Shown here: piece by piece, positions 40,201-55,200 of the stretch | Layout of the letters: each line of letters begins with the position of its first letter | How positions within the stretch are numbered: position 1 is the stretch's first letter | Translations under genes and position numbers: made by a program | Notes under the pieces: model-generated | What the model was told of the DNA's origin: nothing | The model's input: the letters and a program-made list of their open reading frames with translations, nothing else | Database searches by the model: none | Assembly: GCA_051294905.1 (NCBI GenBank) | Contig: CM119372.1 | Location: 13,022,001 to 13,082,000, forward strand | Direction: 5' to 3' | Length of the DNA stretch: 60,000 bases | Source: Botryllus schlosseri | Taxonomy: Eukaryota

Positions 40201-43200
40201 GCTTGTTAATTTAATTGAATGCATGCGGTTATTGAAACAGTGCTCATTCTCAAAGAAAACACTGCTCCAGAAGTGGAAGGATCAGGCAATGAAAATCAAG
40301 AACGTGCCGATCCATCAGAAAGCTTTACGAAATTTGTGTTGAAAATTTCTCCTACTTTGTAAGCATCATCTGACGTAAGGCTTTTGTTTGCATTTGTTTA
40401 TTTTTATGTTCTTTTCAAGGAACAAACAGGATAATGAAATCACACCTGTTGTCAGTCCTCACGAAGTAAGCAATGTCTTGATCAATAAGCCCAAGCCGAA
40501 ATTGCAACCGATAAAAAGAAAGCCGGCATTCCAATCAAAGAGAAAAAGTCTGGAATACTCGGAAATATCAGGTAATAATATGTCATCATTAGGGCAATTT
40601 TTTTCTGCCCTTGGAAAACATAATTTTTACAAAATTTTGACCTCATGTGTGTAAATGAGTTTTTTTTTCATATAATGTTGTAATTGTACTATTTATCTTC
40701 ATTTCTGGTTGGAACTGTCTGTCCTTACGAAGTAGTTTGACCTGAAAAGAAAAATTTTTTGGCTTAAAAATTGGCAAATTTTCATATGAAAAAACTTTAT
40801 TTCAACGAAATATGGAGAGAAACTCCAGTAATTGCATCACGCGTTATGTTAGAAATTGACAATTTTTTTGCCTAACGCTACAATTTTAACTATTTGGACA
40901 TGTCAAAGAAAATTGCCGTCCCTAGTCATTAGAAATGTGAAGGAATTCATGTATTTGCGTTGCAGTATGGTGCAGAACTGGTCCGGCCCCGTACTGATAA
41001 AATCAAATTTACTCTTAAGATCAGCACAAATTTATTTGGATCTAAATCAGCTACCAGTGCCAGACAAAGGCGTGATTTTATTTTACTGTATAAATAGGGA
41101 TAGCAAGATGTGATTCGGGTTCAGTATTGACAGTTTGGGAAATAGCAGATGGTCCTAATAAGAGAGATCAGCCTATAACACCAGCAGTGATGTATCCAAG
41201 GGGGGTAGGGGGTCGGAACCCCTCCCATTTCAAAATCCTAAAAATTGATGTCAAATATTGCCTTTATTATTTGCTAATTTATCGGTTCAGCATAGTCATT
41301 TTTTTGAATGATAGAGCAAATATGGCTCTTTAATGTTATTTAGGGGGTCAAAGACCCCTTGGAAAATATTTGAATTATGCGCAGAATCAGTTGAACCGAT
41401 AATAAAAAGTCGTTATATTTCACTAATTCCGTACGCATTCTGCGCTGTTATGCTACATTTCAGCTGTAGCAGTTGCTGACTTTGTCAACTTTCCTCCTTC
41501 GTTTTCTCTCTCGCCTTGCCAAAATGAGAGACACATTTCACAGAAATCTAATTTAATTGGTCAACACGATATCGATATGTAGCAATTGCAAAAACGAAGC
41601 TGTCGGCAATCAACATCACCCGCCTCACCGCTCGCCTTGAAATCCTAATTAAGGATTGCAGACGTGCTGATTGATCAGCAAGACACAGACAGGCACCACT
41701 GGCACCAGTACGACAATGCTATAATAAACCCACACTGTCTTCGTGACTATTTACATTTCAAATTACAAGCCTAGCAATCCATATTCCCGATTGTTAGGTG
41801 GCTTGCTGTTTTTGAAATACAGGCCCATGTTGGCGCTGAACTAGAGAATGGAGTAGGCCTAGTAGCCTAGTAAAGTTAACCCAATGATATCAGCTGACAA
41901 TTTTCTCCGTTGCTCAAGTTATTATCCTGGTGTGTAGGCCTACTGTGTAGTAAATGACTGACGTGCGTGCGTGCTAGCAACTAAGGTCAGGTTATCTTCG
42001 CGCGTGCAACGCAGTCGATCGTGCGACTGATAAAGCCATCGAAAAGCATGCATTCGTGAACACTGCATGTGCACAGTTCTGTGTGGCGATCGCTCTCTTC
42101 TATGTGATGGTTAATTACACTTCTGATGTGTCAGTGAAAAATCAAGCCTTAAGAAAGAGTAGTACTGCGCACCACGAAGTCTCTCTGACGTCATAAAGAC
42201 AAAATATGCTACACGCGGTGAAACCCCCACCCCCTTTGATCTCGGCTGGATACGCCATTGGGCACAAGCTACACATTTCTGCTGTCGCAGTATTCTGAAT
42301 TGAAATGAGCAAGCACTACCATTCAATTTGTATTGCACAATTGATAGGAAGTAACTTCTGTGTTTTCCCTCGGTCATCAAATTCTCTCTTCGATGCAGTA
42401 TGCTTTTATCACAGCATATAGATCACACAAAGCGGTTCATATTCATGGAAATGACATTTGTTTCATCTTCACAAGGCTATTCATCATGCTGTTCAGTCAT
42501 CGAATGAAACATTATTTTTTGGTTAATTGCGCTTGATATTTTCTCCAGTTTCATCCATGGACCCGAAGGCCTAATTCTCTATCTAGAACCGTGGTTCCTA
42601 AACTTTTATGACTTGTGGCACACTAGAGAAATTAACAAAACACTTACGGCACACTTACAAGAAAGTTGCTTTTTGAAAATGAGAATTATATGGTTATGCA
42701 TTGACCATGCATATTTACACGAACATTTATACGACTGAAACGAGGTTGCAACATGCCCGCATTTCGTTAACAATTCCGAGCAGTCTTGTGTACAGCTATC
42801 AATTACAATCAACAACAATAGTCACGTTCACATATTCCTGGAGATGCATATGGCAATAAAATTCTGATTGCTTTTGTACCTTTCATGGATTTGGGAGGAG
42901 ACGGTTATAACTAGGGCAAGTTTTTGTTGCAGTTAAATCCGTGGAAAGTTGCATTTATTTTTCACAAAAGTTGCAGTAAAAAGTTGCATTTATTTTTTCA
43001 CGAAAGTTGCACTAAAATACCACATTTTGGTCGGTTGACCAAAAAAAAAGGTCAACTTACCAGTTCCACTCCCAAAATACAATTTCCCATCCACATTCTC
43101 CATTGGTTGACTAAAAAAAAGGTCAACTTCCCTGCTCAGCTCCCGAAATACCCGTTAGAGCGTTACTTCAGTGCTGATTTACGGTATTTCAGTCGAATTT

Positions 43201-46200
43201 GGCCGTGTATTTCACCAAAATTCTCAAAAAACTGACATAATCAAGCGATCTGTTTACATATACTGTCAAAAATTTCCAGTAAAAAGTTGGTTGCATGAAA
43301 AATCGAATAAACTTTCATGAAGAATCAAAAAAGTTGCATGAAAAAAATGGACAAAAGTTGCACTTTAAGATTCCTTCAAACAGCTTAAAACAGCATTCTA
43401 CATAACTTCAGAGTATTTAGGAAGCTGCTGGAAGCTGTAAAATAATGTTGCAAAAGTTGCAAAAACTTGCCCTAGTTCTAATCATCCATTTTTGTGGAAA
43501 CATTGTTTTAATATTGCTTGATACATTTCTTCCTAATAGACAAACTAGTCATCTAAACTTGTGAACAGCAAATCCTCAGAAATAATATTGCAGTACACAC
43601 AATTTGGGAATCACTGATCTATAACATACATACTAAAGTGCTTGGCTACAGTTGTTTGTATGTGTTTCCAGAAAATGATCGTTCAATTTCTCCAAGTAAA
43701 TTTGAAACAAGCAACGGGGAAACATGCGAATCAGGTTGTTGAGCGGTTACTGTTGACCGGCTGATTTTTTACCGGTATCGTTTCTCATTCAGGCACATGG
43801 GTGCAATGCACGAGTTGCGAAAAATGGCGTCGTTTACCGCATTGTGACGATCCTGCGTTGTTACCTGACGTTTGGACGTGCTCGATGAACCCTGTCACAA
43901 AGTATTCAAAGTAGGTGTCAGTCGCGTCTGATGCGAGTAGAGTTATGCCGTAACAATATATCTCAAACAGATGCAATGCACCAGAGGAATCTTGGGAAGA
44001 TGACGGCTCTGACACGGAATATATTTACACCCGCTTCAGCCTAGGATCAGTGGTATGGGCAAAAATGCCCGGTTATCCCTCGTCAGTGCACAGCTCTACA
44101 TTAAATTCATAATAATGTTGACGTAATACTATCCTGTCTTTGCAGTTGGCCTGCGATGGTAGATTTGGATCCTGATAGCGACATATTTTGTGAAATGTCA
44201 AAAGCAGGACATGCGGTAATGCGAATGCTTGCTCGTTGGTACTATTTGTGCGAGATTTGAAAAGGCTCCCATTTGTTCAGACTCATTATCACGTGGTTTT
44301 CTTGGATGAAGAGGTCAGCAGGGCTTGGATCAGCGATCGCAATATTGAGGTTTTTCGCGGCGATGAGACTCCTGTTAAATTGGTATGTTTCGATTTCCGG
44401 TGCCCACTTGTTTGTGGCTAACTATTACCGATAGAATTGAGCTAAAATACCATGGTATTTGGCGGTGACATCAAATTTAGTAATCATACATCATTTTGTA
44501 AATAAAAATAGGCTATGAGGTATGGGGCCGGGGGTTGATGAGTTATGGGCTTCTGTCTGTATTGAATCAATGAATGCTACTCAGTATCCTAAAAACCTCA
44601 ACTCTTGTCACAGTTACCAACAACTTAGACATACTGTTATCAAGCTGGTCTGGAAGTGGACAATTCATATATTTCAATTCCTGTATTGATCATAAGTCGT
44701 AACGAGTAACAAAACCGGATAACTGAAAATATGTAACATGAAAACCACTATCAAATTACGCTTCTTTCGCCCCCAACTACCCCATCAATTCCAAATGTCA
44801 CAGGTCACAGCAGCTTTATCTCTTGTTAAAGTGGGAGCGACAAACCATAATACATCTTGGAGAATATGATGACATACTGTGCTAACAAACTTTTCTCCTC
44901 TTCATTAAAGACAGTATTGGCAAACGATTTTGAAATCTTTTTTGTGCGAGATTCATCTCCTGTTTTTTCCAGATACCAGTTTAATGTAGCTCTACCAATT
45001 TTGCACTGAGGTCATGCTTCTCTTTTTCATACCTCCCATGCTTTATCTTTTCGTACTGCCAAGCTCAGATTTGGTTCTGAAAACTGGCCTTTTTTGTGGG
45101 TTTCATGATTTACTTCCAAGTGATTGTATATGGGAGGGATAAGACCAACACCTGTATTTTAGTGATAAATATACCGTAATTTTCCAAGTATAGTACGCCC
45201 CCATGTATAATCCGCACCCTTAAAATGGCATGCAAATTCTGGGAAAAAGCCTGTACCCATGTATAGTATGCACCCTGCATTCACAGTGCATGAATAGCTG
45301 TGTTTTGCGATGTCACTGTCGAACAATCATGACATAACCATCGCTAATCATTATGCAATTAACGGCATTGTCTCTAAACGATAGTACAGAGCAGCCAAAG
45401 CCTGCGAGGCTGGCGACACGATAGTTCGGGCCAGCGACACGACGTCTTGCGCACGAGACGAGGCCTATTACAGATGCGATTGCAAATCATTATACAAGTA
45501 ACGTTATTGCCTCTATACGATAGTAGATCGCAGCCAAAGCCTGCGAGGCCGGCGACGCGACATCTTGCACACGAGGTCATATGCGATTATATTTTGGGCA
45601 CATGGCCTGTCGATGAATTAGCGAGAATTGCTGAACACGCGCACAGCAATCAGTGAATGGCCTAATTTGCAGGGGATTGCGTGTGCTGTGCAGGCAGACG
45701 ACTCTCGTTAATTGTCGACACGCTTTTTGCTAATTGGTAGCGCATTACACTGATAAATACAAGTTACTGGCGACCAATGGCTGAAAGTGATGCGTGATTG
45801 GAAACAAACATGAAGATGTGATTTCAAGTTTTTTATCGAGGGAGATTTTTTTCAAGCGTGTTGCTCCCATGTATAATACGCAACCCCCCCCCCCCCGATT
45901 TGAGGGCAAAAAATTGTGAAAATTTTGCGGATTATACATGGAAAATTACGGTATTTAATAGAACCAATCAAATATTGATTTCAGGTACCGGTATATGCTA
46001 ATGCTATGCTGTCCCATACCCCAGCCTATTGAGGTATGGACCGGCCCATACCCCAACCTGCTGAAAGGACCACACCTCATCTTGTTGATTCTCACCATAA
46101 TTTCAAGATCCGAGAGATTGACAAAGCATTAAAACTATTCTCTATATATAGCATATTTCCATTTTCCATAGCATTCACACCATAAAGAAGTCTAATCCAA

Positions 46201-49200
46201 ACATGCACAATGCACATACATAGACTCAAATCCAAATTCCATATTTTCAAATAAATTTACTATAGACCGCAAAAATTATATATGTCTAGCTGAGTCAAAA
46301 ACTCTTGTTGGCCTCATGGCTGTGAGGAACATGGGTGAGTCTGGAGTCCTTTTCTTACAATCACAGAGCTTGACAAGCATATGTGATGTCACAGTCGCCT
46401 GATATGGCAGTGGTCCATACCTAAACAGTGGCCCATACCTCTACTCACTCTCCCCTACACTTGTGCTGTCAATCATCGATCTCGCGTCGATGCGCGAAAT
46501 ATCCGCCAACACGGGGGCCGGCGACCAGGAGAACAATGTAGCGATGGTTGATAAATTACTAAAGTTCCAGGAATTATTTTCTGTTCTGGACTCTGTTATG
46601 TAGTGACACAAATTTCAGAGAAGTCAGGGCTTTAGATATCCCATGCCTGCAACAGCCTGTTTTAGTAATAGCGTAGATCAAAATCTAGTCGAGTTAACAA
46701 GTTAACTGATGTCGAAGTTGAGTGATGAGGCCTGACTCGTGTTTCCAAGCAGCCTTGTGAGAACTTCTGCAAAAATGAATATGCCAAGGAGTTGCATTCC
46801 GCTAAAGCAAGAGCTTGTCAAGCCGTGAAGATGAAGGTGACGGAGAGGATAGAAACGTTCTGTTTTGTCAACAGATTTCGCGGATCATCTCATTGGTCGA
46901 GAGGTCAGTTGTCTGTTAAGAGGTGGCTGTGCCGCGTCATAGAGTGCACCAGTCATATATCGGAAGTTGGTGAATGAATTCAAGCGTCAGGTTTAGTAGC
47001 ACAATTCTCACATGAGCCTAACAGAGGTGGTCAAAGTAGTCATCGTTGGTTCTCAAGTAGAAATAATGTAAATTTCTTCTCAAGTACAGGTAGAAACAAG
47101 AATTTCCAAGTTAATAAAAAAGTAAGTTTTCTCGCCATAGTTTTTCCCACAAAAACTGAAGTATATCATAACCACTTGGGTAAGTAGTGCAGATATGCAA
47201 AGCGACCTGAGTATTATGTGAAAGTAGAAGTACTTAGTACTGACCACCTCTGACCGAGCACCGGCGAATTTTGCCATGACAGTTTTATACTGGCTGTGCA
47301 TTCCATAGTAATTCTATGTCTATGTCAGTGGTCGCAAGCCCAAAGTTTCCTTGGCCGGCAGAAAAAATGTGACCCATTCAGACCAGTGTGTGCCTTACGC
47401 AATTTTGGAGATTGAGTCACTTGAGTTTGCAGACTGCTCGTATTTCTCCTAAAATAATAATAACCAATCGCCGAAATGACTATATGACAGGGTTGTGACC
47501 ATGTTGTCGAATTATCAGCAAACAGAGAGGATCGAATATGAAACCTCGAGAAGTTGAAACTAATTGATACAATGCAATACACTACACTACCCATCTACAT
47601 ATCCGTGAGACACAATTTAAACAAGCCCTATTTGTTGACAAGGAATATGAACGCACCAGCTATATTCTTTCGATATAAAATCATACGAAAGGGTTGGTTA
47701 AGGTGAGCAGTCTATAGAACAGACATACCTTGCTACCTTTTAGACCGTACTTCAAGAGAAAAAAGTCACAAAAGAAAACGGAGCAAGATGCTCACGTTAT
47801 CGAAAGATAAGTCGCGCAAGACGGATCACGTTGCGAACGCAGCAAAAACTCGTATTACGGACGTTGCCAAGAAAGCCGATAACAAGGAGGCCGATGATCT
47901 TGCTTCTTTCGAAATTGAATTGCCCGCTGTTGTGGGGAAATCGAGTACGCCAAAAAGTAAGCGGACTACGATGTTGGTTACTTGGTACTATTCTTGCGAA
48001 TGCTACGGAGCGCTTGGAGCACATAATGAATGAATGATTCAATTTCCAAGTTGTAGCGAAATCGATAATTCTGATCTAGTTTGCAAAAACCTGTGTAGCT
48101 ATAATTCTAGTCTAATTTAGAACACAAAAAACATTTTCTAATCCGAGCCTGCTGGCACAGTAAGGACATTAGTCATTGTTTTTCTTTTGCATGGGCCACC
48201 ATATTCACTCTTTAGCATTCTCTTTACTGTTGCTGTCTGTTCCGTTCAAGGCTTTTGAGGCTGCGAGTAAGAAGTAAATCACAGTTGGTAAAAGCTTGGA
48301 GGCAATCATGTCTGTATTGAATTATGCTACAGGGTTGGTGCGATGACATGCAAAATAAGGTCAGTCGCGACATGCAAAATAAGGTCAGTCACATGCAAAA
48401 TAAGGTCAGTCGCGACATGCAAAATAAGGTCAGTCCGCGCATAAATCCAAATCTATACTTCAGTTACAAATTCAACTCTTTTTCTTATGAGAACGAAATT
48501 CAAAATATATTTCCTGTATAGTAGCCTACCTTCAACATTGACATTCCTTATCTATATCCTAAATCTTAAGATGTTTCAATCAAAAGATTATCATGATTAT
48601 CTTGATTACGAAGTCAGTCCCATATAGAATATTATTATCAGTCCGCGCATAAATCCAAATCCATATTTCAATTACAAATCCAACTCTTTCTCTTATGAAA
48701 AATAAATTTAAAATATCTTTCCTATAAAGTAATTTCATGATTGACATTCCTCATCTATATCCTAAAGCTGAAGATGTTTCAACAAACAAACAAACAAGAT
48801 GATTATTACGATCATGAGGGGATTAGTCGCATGTAGAATATTAACAGTCCGTGTATAAATCCAAATATTTACTTCAAATCCAACTTTTTTCTTGTGCCAC
48901 TGACCTTAGTCTGCAATCTGCATGTGGTGACTGGCCGTATTTCGCATGCGACTGACCTTATTTTGCATGCGACTGACCTTATTCTGCATGTCGCGACTGA
49001 CCTTATTTTGCATGTGACTGACCTTATTTTGCATGCGACTGACCTTATTCTGCATGTCGCGACTGACCTTATTTTGCATGCGACTGACCTTATTTTGCAT
49101 GTGACTGACCTTATTCTGCATGTCGCGACTGACCTTATTTTGCATGCGACTGACCTTATTTTGCATGTGACTGACCTTATTCTGCATGTCGTGACTGACC

Positions 49201-52200
49201 TTATTTTGCATGCGACTGATCTCATTTTGCATGTGACTGACCTTATTCTGCATGTAGCGACTGACCTTATTTTGCACGTGACTGACCTTATTCTGTGTGT
49301 AGCGACTTATATTGCGATCTTATTATGCATATCACCAAGACATATAAGGTCAGGGACTGGTATATAATTTTCGTCATGTTTCACGCGGAATTTATATACA
49401 TAGTCGCTCATATAACGGTTTCGTCACAGCAAATATAGCTCAGCAATGCGTTTTGAATTCAACGATCTACCACATTTTCAGTTGCCTTCATAATGGCGTG
49501 AAGCGTCACCCACACAATTTTAGTTTAAATTTAGCTCATCCGTATTGTTTAAATAGGACAATAAACGGAGTAATTACCATGAACTGGAGGCAAATTTTTT
49601 TAGTTATAACTGCAACTTAGCGTCCCCTTTAGAAGCTTTCATGGCCCCAGTTTAAATAACTGGTATCATAGAACCTTGTAGCAAAGTTATTTACAACATG
49701 ATGCGGACGAGTCGTCAAGCTGTTTGAAATACATTTCTGCATGGGATGTAGTAACTAACATAAAACGAGCTCTCTGCACATTCCGCATATTTTCATCATT
49801 TTAAAACTGCGATACTATGAGAAGATAGGAAGGTGTCGAAACGACTTGGAGTGTTTTTTGAAATCAGGCACCCGCCGTAACCTAGGCGAAGTAGAGAAGA
49901 GGCATGCACACTAAATGAAAAGTAAAAGGAGATAGTATAGAAAAAATGGGGTGGCATGTGGCGGCAGGCGAGATCGATATGTTAGTTTGTGGTCCGGTAA
50001 TCCTGAAGGCTGACTAATAGTAGGCCTATTCATCTAGAAGAAATTGGTTGTATTTCGACTTGAATGCGGACATGCTCGACGATTGTCGGACAGCCGGGAG
50101 ATGCTGTTCCACCACTACAGGTCCGGCATACTTGATAGTGCAATGCGTTTTCTTGTATTCCGCCCTGATCATATGGTAGTTGTTCTTCGTTTACGCATAC
50201 GTCAGTTTCCAGGTTTTGAAAAGCAATGAAAGCACATTTATAACTGCTTTTCAAAACTACTTACTTGAGTAGTTTTCAGAGTCGCCTAATTCTACTTAAG
50301 GATGTTTTTTGTCTGCTTTGAAAATAACTTCTACTCGTACTTAAAGAATGATTATACGTCGCTACTTCTACTTGAGTAGCCTTCTTGACTACATTGACCA
50401 CCTCTTACGGTTCGCAGTTATCAGAGGTCACCACCTTCTAAATTGCAACATGCATCTTCGTAGCTAATGCAAAATTACTATGACATTACAAGTAGCTGCC
50501 ATGTTCGAAAATATATTCTTAACGTAATTCGGAGCCTATTTCACGCAGTGCTGGTGACAATTTCACTGATGAAAGTGATGCGAATTCATCACAAAACAAC
50601 TTTTCAAAATTGAAAAGTTAATTTGTTTTGCCTAAAAACTGTCCAAGTAGAAGTGGTCTAAAACAGTGGTTCTCAACCGCCGGTCCTCAGAGAATATTCA
50701 AATTTTATACCTTAATTTCAGGATGTAAGATCCAAGATGTTGAAGGCTTGTCAATTGACTAAATTAATAAAACATCAAATTTTGAGGTGATTCAGAACTT
50801 GGTGAGGTAATATTAAGCCAGGAAACATGTTCGATTTGACTTTCAGCTCAAGCCGTCTATATGGTGACGACATTCGAGCGACAAGTGCGAGCAGACTTGC
50901 TAAACCACTCAGTTTTACGATCACTCGTTTTCGATTCATTTATTTTGGGGATAACCCTGTGTCGCTGTTGTCAGTTGTTTTCGTGCGGCGCATTTTATTC
51001 GTAGTAAGTCTGTCGATAGTGGAAAATGAGAAAGGTAACACGACAAGGTGCTTGGTCCAACTCCAAAACACCTCTTTTCTCGATGATGTTGTCGAAGAGA
51101 ATAATATTATTCAATTTGGCGTGGTCAGTTTATCCGCGGCTTTCGGCACGAAACGCTGTAATCGAATTTCGGCGGCAGCACGTTTATCTGGGCAAGGCAA
51201 TTTTATCTAGTCTAAGCAGAGTTGATAGCGTAAAATTATATGGAGCCCATAATGAACATATTTGATTAGGAACTAAAACCACAAAATGTCACTCTAGGAC
51301 AGGGGTGGGCAATTATTTTTCTCTGCGGGCCAAATGAGAAGCAGAAAATACGTTGGCGGGACGAGTCAAAATTTTAGCTATATTTTCAAGCGTATGAATT
51401 TTATTTCTAAATTGGAAGCAGTGAATGCCATTGTTCAGTGGATGTGTCGATATTAGGGAATGAGAATGTGACAGGTGCCAAAATAATATGTATTTGCCAG
51501 CATATGTGGAAACAATGGTAAACATGGTACATTTTGAACTGTCTTTTTAAACCCCTATCCGCGATTTTCGACAGACATTAAAATGCTTTTGGGATACTAA
51601 TAAAGGTTGTTAGCCGCCTTCCGAGCAGTGAGCGAAGCTTGCAATTCTTCTAAATTCACCCTCCCTTGACCGAGTGAATGTCTTCGTGTTTATGCCATAA
51701 GACCAGGGTAGTAACCAAGTCACAATGGTTCCGAGTCACAAGTCAATCTCACTTTTATAGTTTTGACTCGAGACAAGTCGAGTCATTTTCAATTCATCAC
51801 TGAGTCGAGTGTCGATTCCGAGTCATGGTGTTTGACTCAAGTCCGATTCTAAGTCATTGTGTTTACTGTTCAGTTCCGATTCAATGTCATGTGAAATCCA
51901 CTTTTTACAACTCTGCTCGGTGATATCGAATGCTTTTCATTCATAATATTCTAATTTTCCTCGCTTTTAGCAGTTTCTGGTAGCGTTTCTCAAGTATCAG
52001 TAGGCTACTGAGAGACGAAATAATAATTGCATGATGACTATTATACAGCGATAACGTAATAATGAATGACTTTTTGATTTTTCAAGTGGGATATGATCTC
52101 TTTTGACATTAATCGAATGCCAGTAAGAGTGCAATTGCATGATCCAGTGTAAAAATTCAAAATTGGGATCTCCGTGTCATGCCAAGGCCCGAAAACGGTC

Positions 52201-55200
52201 CTGTGCGACTTACAAATCGCTACCCCGACCTTTAAACTCGTTTGCAATGAGAGAAACGAGTTTTAATTAGTTATTCATTTATAATATGTGTTATAGTTTA
52301 TACTGAGATCGTCATCGTATGTTTTCATTTTTATATCATTTGATATAAATTTCGAGCCTAATAAATTTATTTTCATCCGCTCAAGACACACAATGCAGTA
52401 TGCAATACACATGGCACACCCGATATAATGAACGGATAGAAGATTGCTGAAACATTATGCCCTGGCCTAATGCCTGATTTAATAATGTTCGCTAAACATC
52501 TTTAGACGCTTCTCCTATCTCTCTTTATTCACTTTATATTTTGTATTACTTTGTATTCGTCATTCACCTGGTCTTTTTTGAAAAGAAGCTGTATAATGTA
52601 TATCAACACTGACGTATCATCGTGTATGCGACGAAGAGGCCGGGCATCAATATACATTATACAATGCCCATCCGGCCAAAGATGACAGCAGTCTCAAACC
52701 ACCTCTTTCAACTTCCAATCCATACACAAGAAGCAAAAAATTCATATTTTCTGGCGCCGGCGGTAATGACATAATGACCTGACGATTTACATCCTGAATC
52801 AAGCATTTTTTCGTAACGGCTGGAAGAGCCCACCGCTGTAACATTGCTCCCGGCCTTCCCCTATATTTGGATATGAAACTTAAATCATTATGTAGGCATG
52901 CAGTTTGCAGACAAGCAAAATAGGATTTGGACTTTAAAATGGCCAAAGGAAACAAATTGAACATTTCAATTTTCACGAAAACATATACCTGTATTTTCAT
53001 TCGAATTTTGCAATTTCAATGTTGAAAGTAGTGTAGGTAGCAAAATAGGCTATATATATGGATTTCAAGTAGAAAAAAGGACAGTCAAGACATACAGAAT
53101 AAGGTCAGTCACATGCAAAATATGGACAGTCGCATGCGAAACACGGTCAGTCGCCACATGCAGAGTGCAGACTAAGGTCAGTGGCATAAGAAAAAAAGTT
53201 GGATTTGAAGTGAATATTTGGATTTATACGCGTACTGTTTATATTCTACATCTCTCTCTCCCCGTAATCGTAATAATCGTCTGATTATATTTTGTTGAAA
53301 CATCTTCAGATTTAGGATATAGATGAGGAATGTCAATCATGAAATTACTATGTAGGAAAGATATTTTAAATTTATTTTTCATAAGAGAAAGAGTTGGATT
53401 TGTAATTGAAATATGGATTTGGATTTATGCGCGGACTGATAATAATATTCTACATGCGACTGACTTCATAATCAAGATAATCATGATTATCTTTTGATTG
53501 AAACATCTTAGGATTTAGGATATAGATAAGGAATTTCAATGTTGAAAGTAGGCTACTATACAGGAAAGATATTTTGATTTTTTTTTCATAAGAAAAAGAA
53601 TTGTATTTGTAATTGAAGTATAGATTTGGATCTATGTGTGGACTGACCTTATTTTGCATGTCACGACTGACCTTATTTTGCATGTGACTGACCTTATTTT
53701 GCATGTCGCAACTGACCTTATTTTGCATGTCATCGCACCAACCCTCCTCGAATTATGTAGCAGTCATGCCCCGGTTTCGCATCTTTTGAGAGTTTATGGT
53801 GGTGTCACATCAAAATTATGCATCTCTCCCCTGCCCTGCTCGAACGCACAGGGGGAGGGCTGAGTTTGAACTTCATCTAATAAATTTGAGATTTGAAACC
53901 AGGCCCGCCAAGAATTTGCACACTAAAGCAAGTCAAGTGAAGGTTCAGAATTATGGAGTCACCGAGCCTATTTACATGGGCGTTCCGACCCTCTCAATTT
54001 TGAAAAAGAGCGTTCCGCGGAGTCGCTTAGAGACGACTTGAGCCGTACCGGTACTTGATAACGAATCCAGACTACCGCTATCTACAAACACATTTCATGT
54101 TCAGATTTCATAAAACCGGCACGTATTTCAACTGAGTGAAAATGGAAGCTTTATCAGTACATAATACTCCTTTTCTACTATGCACGGTGTCTTATTTGTT
54201 CAGCCTCACCACTTATGAAGCGAGTATAACCAACAATATAACTTGCACAACTCACTATCAGAAATAATATATACAAGGCGTAATTGGCCATTCTAGAACT
54301 GCGTGAAAGTATTTCTGGTCATTTCAACTGCCGTAGCATATTCTCGAACTGAATCCCAAAGTGCCGTGTATCACTCGAGGTGCGATAAACGTGACCATGT
54401 AAACTCGATTGGTGTTACAGCACTTCGCCAAGCCGTCTCATGACATCACTCCAAGATGACTGACCATGTAGGCCTCAATGGTCTTACTGATCAAAATTTG
54501 AAAAATATCCAATTTACTTCCTCAATTGAATCTCTTGGAGGTACAGAACTTCAGTACACAATTGAATAGTATATTCATATTCAAATGAACTCGAATATTT
54601 TCGGCTGACACTCGTCAGGGGTCGTCGTCAGCAACTGGTAGAGAATTCAAAAGAACATCGTATCACAAAATATGACGTCACTAGCATACGGATACGTATA
54701 GTACATTGAACGCTCTCGTATTCTAAATTTCATGCTGGTGATGTCATATTTTCCGACACGATTCTTGATAGCCTATACGATGTTGTTTCGAATTCTCTAT
54801 CAGTTTCTGACGATTACCCCTGGTGAGTGTCACCCGAAAATTTTCGGGCTCATTTCAATATTCAATTGAATTGCTCGTTTTAATGTTTTAATGCGCACTC
54901 CCTAATGGCCCAATAAAGTATGATGCATTTCCAATGTCGAACATTGGGTTGCTTGAAGACAGGTACATGAAAAAAGGTTCGTTTTAAAAAGGTTCGCAGA
55001 CCAAAAACGCTACTCACCCCTGCGCTGGTCCACTCGCTCACAAATTTTCTGCTATCTTTTACTTATTGAGCACTTTTCATGTTCCAGAATCTGCACCAGA
55101 GATGGAGTCATTGCTCGAAAAGGCTATGTCTGATCAAGTAAATGTAGAATCTGCAATGGAGATCAAGTCATTGCCTGAAAATAAAAGGTCCAGTCAGGAA

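Larger units (their letters stand above)
48327..53749. mobile_element. Second foldback-like element with ~650-bp minisatellite-containing TIRs (ZCWPW1 intron)
   Basis: 48331-~48990 is the inverted copy of ~53090-53745; GAATTATG direct repeats at 48319-48326 and 53750-53757, each 4 bp outside the matching TIR. Confidence 0.8.

Noticed and set aside
48869..49367. Long repetitive ORFs on both strands (MQNKVSR..., ATDLILH...)
   Set aside because: Artefacts of a 21/24-bp minisatellite with unit lengths divisible by three
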